This document shows positions 19,275 to 29,551 of a stretch of 64,000 nt of DNA, in pieces. The stretch is from Chloroflexota bacterium (lineage in GTDB: Bacteria; Chloroflexota; Dehalococcoidia; Lucifugimonadales; JADFKI01): the NCBI GenBank assembly GCA_027623195.1, contig JAQBUT010000008.1, forward strand, positions 31,015-95,014, written 5' to 3'. Within the stretch, counting starts at the first letter, position 1; every line of letters begins with the position of its first letter. Made by a program: the position numbers and the translations under genes. Below the pieces are notes generated by a model that was not told where the DNA came from, ran no database searches, and saw only the letters and a list, made by a program, of their open reading frames with translations.

Positions 19275-20681
19275 ATGCCTAATAAAGAAGACATTGCCCT
19301 GATGGCCCACCTGATGAGGCGAGCCGGTTTCGGCGCAACTTACGATGAGTTGGAAATCCTCGCTGAGCGTGGTTACGACGCTACTGTGGAAGAGTTGCTC
19401 CAGCCCGAGGTTCAGGAGCCGGTGGACCGGTACGACCTTCTTCGATACCATCCCTGGTCCTGGAAACCAGGCACCATACAGGGCACCGGCCACGCGACAT
19501 GGCTGTTCGACATGGTGAACACCAGGGCACCGCTGCTGGAGAAGATGACCGTATTCTGGCATGGCATATTTGCTACCGGGGTCTCCAAGGTCGACCACTG
19601 GGACGAGATCGTCGACATGGTTGACATGTTCCGTGATAAGGGCTTGGGCAGCTACAAAGAAATGCTGATCGAGGTGGCCAAAAGCCCGGCCATGCTGTAC
19701 TGGCTAGACAACAACGAGAACCACGCCGGCGCTCCTAACGAGAATTGGGGCCGGGAGCTTCTGGAGCTATTCAGCATGGGCGTTGGCAACTACACCGAAA
19801 AGGACGTCTACGAATGCTCCAGGGCCTTCACGGGCTGGACGATTACCCCGAAACTGCCGCGCTTTCCCATGGGGCGGTTCGACTGGTCTTTCGAATACCG
19901 CGAAGAGGACCACGATGGAGATGAGAAGTCATTCCTTGGAAACAGGGGAAACTTCAACGGTGAGGACATAATCGATATCATATGCCGCCAGCCGGCCACG
20001 GCCCGATTCATGGCCCGCCACCTGTACAACTTCTTTGTGGCCGACGAGGCGCAGGTGCCTGCCTGGCAAACGGTACCGCCCCGGGACCCTGAAGCGATAC
20101 AGGTCTTGGTGGACGCCTTCGTGGCGAACGACTATGACATGCGAGAGGTTCTCCGGGTGCTGTTCAACTCCGATTTCTTCAAAGAGGCCCGTTTCTCCCG
20201 AATCAAGAGTCCGGTTGAGGTTGTGGTGAATACCCTGAGGTTCGTCGGAGGTCACGAATTCCCTGCGCCCGGCATAGGAAACCTGGGACGGCAGACGGGT
20301 TACATGGGGCAGGAGGTCCTCAACCCGCCGAGCGTGGAGGGGTGGCATACGGGCCGCGAATGGATAAACAGCGGCTCGCTGATGCGCCGAATTAATTTCG
20401 TTGCCGATCTTGTGGGCGACGTTAACTTGCCAGGAGTGCAGGCCATACTAGGTCGATTGCGAGGCGCAGGGGAGATGCCGCCCGATGGGTTCGTGGACAT
20501 GTGCCTGGAGCAGATGGGCCCGCTGGACCTGGACACGCAGACTCGTCAGGAATTGATAGACCACGCCGCACCGGATGGCAACCTGTCCTGGGATACACCA
20601 ACGCAGGCTGATCTCTCGACTCAGAGGGTAAGTGAGATGCTACAACTGATCGTATCTTTGAGAGATTTCCAGTACGCATAG
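19275..20681 (+). CDS. DUF1800 family protein
   Basis: HLMRRAGFG, EKMT.FWH, PAML.WLDN..N....PNENW.RELLELFSMG, PPSVEGW. Confidence 0.93.
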   Translation: MPNKEDIALMAHLMRRAGFGATYDELEILAERGYDATVEELLQPEVQEPVDRYDLLRYHPWSWKPGTIQGTGHATWLFDMVNTRAPLLEKMTVFWHGIFATGVSKVDHWDEIVDMVDMFRDKGLGSYKEMLIEVAKSPAMLYWLDNNENHAGAPNENWGRELLELFSMGVGNYTEKDVYECSRAFTGWTITPKLPRFPMGRFDWSFEYREEDHDGDEKSFLGNRGNFNGEDIIDIICRQPATARFMARHLYNFFVADEAQVPAWQTVPPRDPEAIQVLVDAFVANDYDMREVLRVLFNSDFFKEARFSRIKSPVEVVVNTLRFVGGHEFPAPGIGNLGRQTGYMGQEVLNPPSVEGWHTGREWINSGSLMRRINFVADLVGDVNLPGVQAILGRLRGAGEMPPDGFVDMCLEQMGPLDLDTQTRQELIDHAAPDGNLSWDTPTQADLSTQRVSEMLQLIVSLRDFQYA

Positions 20682-20764
20682 CTGGGTGACAGGGATAAAC
20701 AAAGGGCGAATGATGGCTTCGCTGAAAAGCCTGGCCAACCCGCGTATGGCCCAGAAAGACGGAG

Positions 20765-21907
20765 ATGAACATGACCACCGTGGATAAGAAAGACCCTGTA
20801 CTGGTCGTTGTGCAGTTATCCGGAGGTAACGATTACCTCAATACAGTCATCCCCTATGGCAACGACCTATACTACGATTACAGGCCGTCCGTGGGCATAC
20901 CCCAGGACAAGGTGTTGCACATAGATAATGAGATGGGGTTGCACCCTAATCTCGCGCCTATTAGGGGCATGTATCAGGGGGGAAACGTGGCAATCATCCA
21001 CGGCGTTGGATACGAGAACTCGCCTCGTTCCCACTTCCGCTCCATGGATATCTGGCATACGTGTGAGCCGGATGACGTGGGCACGGAAGGCTGGCTGGGC
21101 CGTGTGATTCGCGAGCTGGATCCCCACAAGGAAAACGTCGTAACCGGCGTGAGCTTTGGGCCGAGCATGTTTAGGGCAATGGCCGTTCCCGGTGTTCCCA
21201 TTGCCGTAGTGGAGAACCTGGAGGACTACGGTCTGCTGCCGGGCATCAGCATGGCGGACCAGCGGCAGAGGATACTTGATAGGTTCTCCCGTCTGTATGG
21301 CCCGGCCATCGGTCGAGGCCCCGTAATGGAATTCCTGGGCCAGACGGGACTGGACGCGTTGAGGGGCGCTGACATTCTTAAGATTGCGCCGAAAAACTAC
21401 TCATCGACGGTTGAGTACGCCGACACCACGTTGGCCAAGAAGCTGAAGGGCATCGCTCAGGTGCACCTGGCCGGTCTGGGAACCCGCGTCTTCTACTGTG
21501 ACCATGGCAGCTACGATTCGCACGCGGGACAGCCCAGCATGCTGTCCGTACTGTTTGATGACCTGTCAGCCTCCATCCGGGACTTCTTCGACGACCTGCG
21601 AGAGCACGACGCTGCTGATAACGTAATCATGCTGCTGTTCTCAGAGTTCGGTCGTCGAACCCATGACAATGGGTCTGGCACAGACCATGGCGCGGCGGGA
21701 GTTGCTTTCCTGATAGGCGACCGGATTAAGGGCGGCCAGTACAGCGTCATGCCGTCACTCAAGTCGCAAGACTTACAACAGGGCGACCCGGTGCCCAATC
21801 TGGACTTCCGAAGCCTGTACACCACCATTCTGGAAAACTGGATGTTGATTGACGCCAATCCCATTGTTGGCAGGGCCTTCGAGAAGCTGGACCTGGTAGG
21901 GGCTTGA
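20765..21907 (+). CDS. DUF1501 family protein
   Basis: VVQLSGGND.LNTVIP, RSHFRSMDIW, SEFGRR...NGSGTDHG, DFRS.Y. Confidence 0.93.
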   Translation: MNMTTVDKKDPVLVVVQLSGGNDYLNTVIPYGNDLYYDYRPSVGIPQDKVLHIDNEMGLHPNLAPIRGMYQGGNVAIIHGVGYENSPRSHFRSMDIWHTCEPDDVGTEGWLGRVIRELDPHKENVVTGVSFGPSMFRAMAVPGVPIAVVENLEDYGLLPGISMADQRQRILDRFSRLYGPAIGRGPVMEFLGQTGLDALRGADILKIAPKNYSSTVEYADTTLAKKLKGIAQVHLAGLGTRVFYCDHGSYDSHAGQPSMLSVLFDDLSASIRDFFDDLREHDAADNVIMLLFSEFGRRTHDNGSGTDHGAAGVAFLIGDRIKGGQYSVMPSLKSQDLQQGDPVPNLDFRSLYTTILENWMLIDANPIVGRAFEKLDLVGA

Positions 21908-21949
21908 ATCCTCGAAGCGCTGCCAAGTTATTAAATTGCAGGTGAAAAA

Positions 21950-22984
21950 ATGCTCACGACCGTAGTCGCAGGACGGACTTTTGATTATAGTCACGCCGTT
22001 GGCGGGCTTTATATGCCTATGCCGGTGGCGGTGGCATGCGGGTCAGGTGATAAGGTCTACGTCGTCAGCCGGCAGTATGAGCAGATTCTGGATGTGCCTT
22101 GGAACCAGACTGCCACCTTCGCCCAGGTTAACGTGTTCAACATCACCACCACTCCAGGCGAAGAGGAGCACCTCGTCAAAATAAGCCGGTACGGCGACGC
22201 TGAAGGTCAGCTTATTTGGCCGGCAGGAATCGCGCTAGACTCGGACGACAATGTTTTCGTGACCGACGAGTGGATGAACCGCGTCTCGGTATTCACCAGT
22301 GCCGGGGAGTTCGTGAAGTGCTGGGGAACCCCCGGCGCTGGACACGGGGAATTCAATCGCCCCTCTGGCATCGCCATGGATTCCGACGGCACCCTGCTGG
22401 TATCCGATAGCCTCAACCACAGAGTGCAACGTCTGACCGTCGACGGGGAATTCATATCTGCCTTTGGCGGATACGGAAGTGGCGAAGGAAAGTTAGACTC
22501 GCCCTGGGGCGTAACCACCGACAAAGACGGGTTCGTCTATGTTGCAGACCACAAGAATCACCGCGCGCAGAAGTTTACGACAGATGGCGAGTTCGTCATG
22601 TCCTTCGGCAGCTTCGGTGATGGCAAAGGCCAGCTAACCCGTCCCAGCGACGTGGTCGTGGATAACGACGGCGACGTCTACGTATGTGATTGGGCTAACG
22701 ACCGCGTAGAGGTCTTTACTCCCCAGGGCCGGTTCCTCACCAGCCTAAGGGGAGATGCCCAGGACCTGGCCAAGTGGCATCGGGAACAGGTGGAGGCCAA
22801 CGCCGACGTAGAGAAGGCCCGCCGACGCGTGTACACGCTGGAGCCCGAATGGCGGTTCGCTATGCCCACTGGACTAGCCTTTGACGAGTCGAAGTCTCGT
22901 ATAATAATTACGGATACGCAGCGGGGCCGCGTCCAGATTTACAACAAGCTTCATGACTATATGGAGCCACAGTTCAATCTTTAG
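21950..22984 (+). CDS. NHL-repeat beta-propeller protein
   Basis: Repeated G.G.G.(F/L)..P.G(I/V)..D..G..(Y/L)V.D..NHRVQ units. Confidence 0.92.
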   Translation: MLTTVVAGRTFDYSHAVGGLYMPMPVAVACGSGDKVYVVSRQYEQILDVPWNQTATFAQVNVFNITTTPGEEEHLVKISRYGDAEGQLIWPAGIALDSDDNVFVTDEWMNRVSVFTSAGEFVKCWGTPGAGHGEFNRPSGIAMDSDGTLLVSDSLNHRVQRLTVDGEFISAFGGYGSGEGKLDSPWGVTTDKDGFVYVADHKNHRAQKFTTDGEFVMSFGSFGDGKGQLTRPSDVVVDNDGDVYVCDWANDRVEVFTPQGRFLTSLRGDAQDLAKWHREQVEANADVEKARRRVYTLEPEWRFAMPTGLAFDESKSRIIITDTQRGRVQIYNKLHDYMEPQFNL

Positions 22985-22999
22985 GCCGGATGGAAGGCA

Positions 23000-23932
23000 A
23001 TGATCTGTCTGAATTGTCAGTATAATAACCTCGAGTCCGCCGTGTTCTGTCAGAGCTGCGGAAACAAATTACCGGATCACGAAGGCATATCTGCCCGTGC
23101 TACGCCTCAGGCTCAGCCATTCAGGGCCTCCGCTGTGAGTGTCGAGGGGAATGTGGTTCAACTGGCCCGCAGGGCCCTTGGTGACCTCATTGGGCAAACC
23201 ATTTCAATCTATAAACTTCACTTCTTGGTATTCTTCGCACTGGCAGTGATTCCGCAGATACCGGTCGTTATTCTTACTATGCTGGTGCCGGAGTTAGGCT
23301 CAGGATTCACAGCGGATAATGAAGGCGAGACGTTCGACTTTCCACAGCTTGGAGAGCTGGCGGGCACTGTGTTTGTGCTGGTCGTGGCCACGATCGTTTT
23401 ATCTTTGCTGTCCATAGGCGGAATAATTTACGCCACCGGACAACACTATCTGGGCAGGAACGTGGAATTTCTCGCCGTATTAGGAGCCGCAGCCAGTAAA
23501 TTCGTAGCGCTGCTTCTTGTCGCAATACTTCTTGTGCTGATATTCCTCATCCCGGCGGCGCTTACGTTGATATTAATTGGCTTGCCTGTACTGATCTTCG
23601 CGATGGTTCGTCTATATTTTGCGTTCGATGCCCTGGTGCTGGAGGACCTTAGGCCCGTGGACTCAATCAGAAGGAGCTGGCGTCTGGTTGAAGGTCACTG
23701 GTGGAGAACATTCGGAATCGGCATAATCTTCTTCCTGATGGTCTTCGGGGCGACCTTCGTGGGCTCGCTACTGTTGTTACCTCTAGATTCCTTGGGCGGC
23801 ACAGCTCTGAGCAGCATTGTTTCTGGCCTGATTAGCGCCATCGTGGCGCCTTTCATGCACATAGGAGCCACCCTGGTTTACCTGGACCTTCGAGTGCGCC
23901 AAGAGGGTGGTAGCGTAAAAATCGTCGGCTGA
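23000..23932 (+). CDS. Zinc-ribbon plus multi-TM membrane protein
   Basis: N-terminal CxxC...FCxxCG, about 6 TM helices, SIRRSW.LV.G.WWR.FG and LVYLDLRVR motifs. Confidence 0.75.
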   Translation: MICLNCQYNNLESAVFCQSCGNKLPDHEGISARATPQAQPFRASAVSVEGNVVQLARRALGDLIGQTISIYKLHFLVFFALAVIPQIPVVILTMLVPELGSGFTADNEGETFDFPQLGELAGTVFVLVVATIVLSLLSIGGIIYATGQHYLGRNVEFLAVLGAAASKFVALLLVAILLVLIFLIPAALTLILIGLPVLIFAMVRLYFAFDALVLEDLRPVDSIRRSWRLVEGHWWRTFGIGIIFFLMVFGATFVGSLLLLPLDSLGGTALSSIVSGLISAIVAPFMHIGATLVYLDLRVRQEGGSVKIVG

Positions 23933-24049
23933 GGTTTCGTTCCCTGGTGGCAGGCCTTAGACGAAGCCAGCCTCCGCCTCATAGTCAGGAAGACGCGGCG
24001 TGGCCAAATTCAGATCTTCACACAGCCAGTGCTACTAAATAGTTGAGGG

Positions 24050-24925
24050 CTAGGCCTCGACCACTCGTACCTCTTCGCCCACCTCTATACTCATGAGATC
24101 GTGGCCTATGACGAATGGCCCGTCATACGTCTCCGCAGTGCCGATGTTGATTTCGTTTATGGTGGCGTCTCCAAACGGACCTACGATGTGCGAGTAGACC
24201 GCGAGCTTTGGTCGGACTCTGCTAAATACCTCTCCCGCCTGTTGCGGAGTGGTGTGGTGTGCGACGATCTGATCGACGATAAAGTCCGTTGTCCGCCCGC
24301 TCCTTGCGGCACGGCGGGCCTCCGGCGCAACGACCTCGTGGATGAGCAGGTCCGCGCCCTGAGCATGAGTTACCAGATTTTCCGACTGTCGGGCGTCGCC
24401 GGAAAGGACTACCGACCTTCCCTCGTACTCGACTCGAAACCCGAAGGAGGGTACCTCCGGAATGTGCTCCACATCGAAGGTACTCAATCTGAAACCACTT
24501 TCTTCGAAGACGAAGCTCGACTGAATGTCCTGGGCGACGAACTCGATACCGGCCGCCGGAAGTCTCGTGTCCATGTCCCGGCGCATCATGATGTCCGGCT
24601 GGAAGGCCTGCGCCAGGTGCTCCATCATGTTGACTGTTCCCTGAGGGCCCCATACTCTCAACGGGGTGTCCCGGCCCGCAACCCATGCAGACAACCAGAG
24701 GTCCGGCAAGCCCACCAGGTGGTCAGAATGCAAGTGCGTTAGGAATAGCTTGTCCACCGTCCCAAGCGGCAAGGCCAACTGCCGCAGGCGTTGTAGCGCG
24801 CCGCGACCGCAGTCAATTAGAAGCTTGGTGCCGCCGGCCTCAATTAGAGTACTCATGCCGAACCGCTCAATGCCCGGAACGGGTGAGCCTGTGCCAAGTA
24901 GGGTTACTGTCATACCGGTCGCCAT
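24050..24925 (-). CDS. MBL-fold metallohydrolase, RNase Z / arylsulfatase-like (ElaC/AtsA)
   Basis: LLGTGSP, LIDCG, THLHSDH, SGD, DLLIHE, HHTT, YSHI. Confidence 0.9.
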   Translation of the reverse strand: MATGMTVTLLGTGSPVPGIERFGMSTLIEAGGTKLLIDCGRGALQRLRQLALPLGTVDKLFLTHLHSDHLVGLPDLWLSAWVAGRDTPLRVWGPQGTVNMMEHLAQAFQPDIMMRRDMDTRLPAAGIEFVAQDIQSSFVFEESGFRLSTFDVEHIPEVPSFGFRVEYEGRSVVLSGDARQSENLVTHAQGADLLIHEVVAPEARRAARSGRTTDFIVDQIVAHHTTPQQAGEVFSRVRPKLAVYSHIVGPFGDATINEINIGTAETYDGPFVIGHDLMSIEVGEEVRVVEA

Positions 24926-25007
24926 TTACCTATCTCCTGTGCATTTGGTTGGGCATAGTTTGCCGTAGGGAGTGGGGATTCTGGTGATTTCATTCTCCCA
25001 CGGCAGT

Positions 25008-25048
25008 AAAAAGGCAGGCCAGGCTCGCAATCCGAGCCTGGCCTGCCT
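25008..25048 (-). terminator. Rho-independent terminator of the betaine-binding protein gene
   Basis: 16-bp stem aggcaggccaggctcg/cgagcctggcctgcct; the A-tract on + is a U-tract on -. Confidence 0.8.
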
Positions 25049-25094
25049 ATGTTGTGAATCTACAGATTTTCTAGGCTAACTCTAAGTGGGTGGG

Positions 25095-26459
25095 TTAGCT
25101 CTCGTTCGCGAGTGCGGCGTTAACGGCATTCGCGGCCTGGGGTGTTATCCAGCTCTCCCAAACATCATTGTTATTCAGGAACCAGACAGCGGCTTCGGAT
25201 GCCTCGCTGCCGGGGTTGGCGTCCATCCACTGGAAGATGCCTTTGTACAGGTCTATGGTGAATTCCCAGTTCTGAAGCATCGCGATAACATCGGGTGCGC
25301 GAGGCAGCAGACTCTGGTTGACTGCCACCAGCACCAGCGATTCAGAGAATGCGCGGCCCTTGTCTGTGTCCCAGCATTCCGTGCTAAATGGGGGCTCTTC
25401 CAGCCGGACCAGGTCCAGCTTCAAGGCGGGGTCGCCGGTGCCCCACATGTAGCCCAGCCACGGCTCTTCCTTATCGTAAGCAGTGTAAAGGTCGGCGAAC
25501 ATGGCCTCTTGAGAGCCTGGATTGATCACGTGAAGAGAGTCGATGAGGCCGTACGTCTCTATTTGCGCTGTGTTTACGCCCTCACATGACCAGCCAATGA
25601 CACACGACACGTGACGTGCCTTGCCTCGACTATCGTCCGTAGAGAAAAGTTCCTGGTACTCTGCTTTCGCCAGGTCCTGGGGCGTCTTGAGGTCCGGGTA
25701 CTCGTCCGCGAGGTACTGGGGTATGACGAACGTGCTTTGCCAGTCGCCAACCAGGCTTGTGCCTACTGAGACGACCTCACCCAGCTCTACTGCTTTTTCC
25801 TAGCCGATGGACTGGTTGGGTAGCCATATCTCCAGGGCAACATCGATGTCACCCTTCTGCAGTCCCTGGAAGTTGGGCAGTGTGCCTCCGAAGATGGTGT
25901 CTGTGGGGTATCCGTATCCATTCTCGATAATATACTGCGCGATGCGGTTCTGCACCTGCGCGCTGGTCCAGTTAAGGTCGGAGAAGACGATCGTATCCTT
26001 GGCAGGCTATCCTGCAGCTAAGGCCTCGTCGAGAATTTCCTGGATCTCCATAGCCGTAAGGGAGTTTGAAGCCGCATCCATGACTGCGGATGATACGGCA
26101 GCCTCCACGTCTTGGATCGTAACGGCGTTAGCCTGGGCCTCCATGACCGCACGGTCGATTGCCGTCTGAACGTCCGCGGCTGTGACGGCGCCGGACGTGG
26201 CGGAGTCCACTGCGGCCCGGATATCTGCGGCGGTAACGCCACCAGACGCGGCCGAATCTATCATCGCCTGAATCTCTGCGGCTGTTATCTGGGGTTGCGC
26301 GGCGGGCTGCGACTGGGCTACGGCATCCGCCACAATCTTGCTAAGCTGGGCCTCGTCAATGGCTGGCGCAGCTGATGAGCAGGCCACCGCTGCCAGGGCA
26401 AATATGGCTAGCAGCACACCTACTATTGTGAACCTCTTGGTCGAAATGCGACCTAACAT
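25095..26459 (-). pseudogene. Glycine-betaine ABC substrate-binding lipoprotein (ProX/OpuAC-like) with two in-frame TAG stops
   Basis: One continuous frame: lipobox AVAC, Ala-rich stalk, TAG (26007-9), PAKDTIVFSDLNWTSAQVQN...EIWLPNQSIG, TAG (25800-2), EKAV...CVIGWSCE...PWLGYMW. No frameshift. Confidence 0.85.
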
Positions 26460-26608
26460 ATGTTCTCCTCCCAATTAATAATTTTCGTTGTCTAGTGAGT
26501 TAGCTTTTACGTATTTGCTCTCGCTCGACCCCCTCTACGACAGTTGCCCTCGCATAATCACGCCTCAATGCTTCCAACGGATTCAAAGGCACTGCAAGCA
26601 TAAATGTG

Positions 26609-27013
26609 CTATTCCCCTGTCAGCGCGCGTTGGCGCTCGCGGGCTACCGACTGGGTGACGCGGTCAATTATGATTGCTATCGCGACGATAGCCAGGCCCG
26701 CGATTAAGCTATTGCCGGCCTCCCCCCTACCCATCGCACGCAGCACGGCCTCGCCCAGGCCACCCGCGCCCACCAGGGAGGCGACCACTACCATGGCCAG
26801 CGCCATCATGATCGTCTGGTTTATGCCCGCCATGATGGTTGGCAAGGCCATTGGCACCTGCACTTTTGTTAGCATTTGGATTGGCGTTGTCCCGAAGGAG
26901 CGGGCCGCTTCCACGGCCTCGGGTGAGACTTGTCTTATGCCCAGATTGGTGAGCCGAATCACTGGAGCAACCGCGTAGATAACCGTGGCCATCACGGCCG
27001 GCACGTTACCCAG
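26609..27013 (-). pseudogene. 3' remnant of glycine-betaine ABC permease (ProW/OpuAB)
   Basis: [25 protein letters not shown]...EAARSFG...[30 protein letters not shown]; the N-terminal half is missing. Confidence 0.85.
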
Positions 27014-27130
27014 GCGCTGCTTCGGAACCCTCAACAGACGGTTGGCCTTGGCCTCCTCATCCGCGAACGCCGTATTCAGCATCTCGGTGTCTATAGGTCC
27101 GGGATGCACCGAATTGCAGCGTATGTCGTT
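27008..27130 (-). pseudogene. Fragment of a short-chain dehydrogenase (C-terminal part) fused in frame to the ProW remnant
   Basis: [17 protein letters not shown]...RVP..RLG is the classical SDR C-terminal motif; TAA lies immediately upstream (27131-27133). Confidence 0.8.
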
Positions 27131-27220
27131 TTAGAGAAAAATGGCTCAATAGTTTGATGGCTCTCTTCACTTGGGCTGCCAAAGTGTACAGGTATTCAGT
27201 TTAATCCATACTCAGGAGAA

Positions 27221-27988
27221 TTGATGAAGCTACCCCAAATCCGGCACCCGCTTACATTCGTTGTAAGTGGGGTTTTCTTGGCATTAGCTATGACCAGCGT
27301 TGTGGCATGTACAACGGTCAATGTAGACAAAGGACTGACCGATGCTGCAACGACAGTTTCTTCTCCATCTGATGCAGCGACATCGGCTCCAGCGCCCACT
27401 GATGCTACAACATCGACTACAAATCCAGCCGCCCAGGCGACAGAGACACCAACCTCAACGCCGGAGTCAACTGAAACACAGACTCCTGAACCAACTTCAA
27501 CGCCGAAGCCAACTGAGACACAGACTCCTGAACCAACTTCAACTGAAACCCCGGCAGATGTAACATTAGCCGACGGGACCTGGACGATAAAGATGGTCAC
27601 ATCACGTGGGAATTCTTTCTACCCCACCATTGCTGTGAATTTCAAGCAGTACCCCGACGGAACCCCCAGTGGAGAGCTGGAAGGAACACCGTACACCTAT
27701 AGCAGCGGGGGCACGACCCTGATTACACAAGTCACCGATGGTACAGTAGATAGCTTGGGTAATGTGGAATTAGATTTCACTGTTCATGAGGGTACCGCTT
27801 TTCGTGCTAGCTTCACCTTTACCGGTAAAGCAGGGCCCTCTACTCGGCCAATCCGTAATCAGATCAGTGGTGACCCGACGCCAGAAGCTAATTCAGGGTT
27901 CGAACGGTGTACTGATGGCTGTGGTTATGAAGCCACTTTTCCGGATGGGAGTACAGAGACAGGATTCTTTACAATGTCTAGCCAATAA
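27221..27988 (+). CDS. Hypothetical lipoprotein with Pro/Thr-rich linker
   Basis: Signal peptide with lipobox VVAC, TETQTPEPTST repeats, beta-rich C-terminal domain. Confidence 0.7.
   Translation: MMKLPQIRHPLTFVVSGVFLALAMTSVVACTTVNVDKGLTDAATTVSSPSDAATSAPAPTDATTSTTNPAAQATETPTSTPESTETQTPEPTSTPKPTETQTPEPTSTETPADVTLADGTWTIKMVTSRGNSFYPTIAVNFKQYPDGTPSGELEGTPYTYSSGGTTLITQVTDGTVDSLGNVELDFTVHEGTAFRASFTFTGKAGPSTRPIRNQISGDPTPEANSGFERCTDGCGYEATFPDGSTETGFFTMSSQ
27449..27543 (+). repeat. 42-bp tandem repeat (about 2.3 copies) encoding PTSTP(E/K)(S/P)TETQTPE
   Basis: caactgaaacacagactcctgaaccaacttcaac at 27468 recurs with one mismatch at 27510. Confidence 0.85.
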
Positions 27989-29163
27989 CCGAGGCGAAAA
28001 TTGAGGCCAATGTACCCTTGCGGTGAGACTGTCACGCCATGAGGGGGCATATTATTGCAATCCGTTGACATGCCCACTACAAGCGGATAAAGGGGCGTTA
28101 GACATCGACCGGGAGCAGGTCAACGCCCGGATCACCACGGCCAAGTGGTACTGGTCAAGGCGAGAGATGATCAAGCAGCACTACATCCTGGAAGCTGATG
28201 AGCTGCCCCTGATCATCGAGGTGAGGAAAATGCCCTCGGTGAAATTTTCGGTCCGAAATACTGCTTCGGAGGTGGAAGCGTTTGGAGGTCAGTGAATATT
28301 CCAGTATTCTCTTGAGACAATATCACCTGCTAGCAACAATGCGTTCTTCCTCAGGGGTTATGGTTCTCGTCGAAGCTCCCCGTATCATGCCCGAATCTTG
28401 ATATCTGAGAAGCGCTGCTAGTGGCTGCTCGATTAACAATTGACGTGTTGGGGCCAAGTCATCCTCGGTGGTGCCGGCAATCTGGAATATCGTGAATTAA
28501 TTATGCGGAGACAATTCTCAAGATCTACCTGCGGCACCCGCTTTGCTGCTCCGTCCTAGGCCTCGATAACCGCTAGTTATGTTGCTGCGGCTTTGGCACT
28601 CATTTTTGATATTAATGCCGCTTGCAAAAGGACTAAGTTATAATACGCGGCAATGTTGCTGACGGTGCTCTCCGGAACTCAGATTGATCTGGGAAATACC
28701 GGCTAAATAAACATCGACACGTACGTTAACGGCCTGTTGCTCCCTAACCTCCGTAACGGCGCGTGGGTCTGCTTGGATGGGACTCCACTTATATAGGATA
28801 AGGATGTCAACCAATTTGCAGATCAATACGGGAAGGGGGCATTGGGAGTGCCCAAATATGAAGTTGTGTTAGGCGACCTACGGTTCGTGAGCCGTGATTG
28901 AAATGTCGATCTTCCGTATTCGGTTAGAAGAAACCATGGAGTTACTTTCCTGTGCCACCCAGCAAGTCCGCCCGCATTTCTCGTCAAGGGGTGGTCGATA
29001 TCCAGAATCAAGGATGCTATAGATAGCCTTGGAACCCGGTTTCGACCCTGCGCTACTTTCGGCACTCGTTTTATCATGTTCGAGTAGCGCATGTCAAATT
29101 CAAGGTGGCTTACTGCCAGAGGGAAAGCAAGGTATAGTAAGAGCTATATTAGGGAATTATTGA

Positions 29164-29496
29164 TTCCATGTGGAAAACAGGATAGTAACCCTCATATCAA
29201 ATGAGCCTGGCACGTTGAAGGCCTTCAGCGCCTAACTGTTCAGAGAACTTAACGATGTCTTAGACTCCGTCCACTTGGCTCATGATGTCAATCTGCTGGT
29301 ATTGACGGGCGTGGGGCAGGCATTTCCCTCATGTTTGGACATCTTCCGGCGGCAGACCTATGAGGGTATTCTTCCAATGGAGGACGCATTGCCGGAGGCG
29401 GAGACGCTTAAAGCCTTCTGGATGGGACAGGATATGCGAGCCTTCCTGCGGGCCCGGGTGGCAGCAATTCAGGAAGACTCCCCGCTATCGAAGTGA
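29164..29496 (+). pseudogene. Degenerate enoyl-CoA hydratase (crotonase) remnant
   Basis: VENRIVTLISNEPGTLKAFSA*LFRELNDVLDSVHLAHDVNLLVLTGVGQAFPSCLDI resembles the crotonase N-terminus; internal TAA at 29233-29235. Confidence 0.65.
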
Positions 29497-29551
29497 CTGG
29501 ATCGGTGCGTTTCTAGCGCATTTAACATTGGTGAAACGTTACCGTGTCCCC

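Noticed and set aside
25800..26009. Pyrrolysine or global TAG recoding in the betaine-binding gene
   Set aside because: TAG is the normal stop of rpoC, the grdE-like gene and grdA. No pyl genes are in the window, and the neighbouring permease is clearly destroyed.
27449..27543. CRISPR-like repeat
   Set aside because: It is a contiguous in-frame 42-bp tandem coding repeat without unique spacers, and there are no cas genes.
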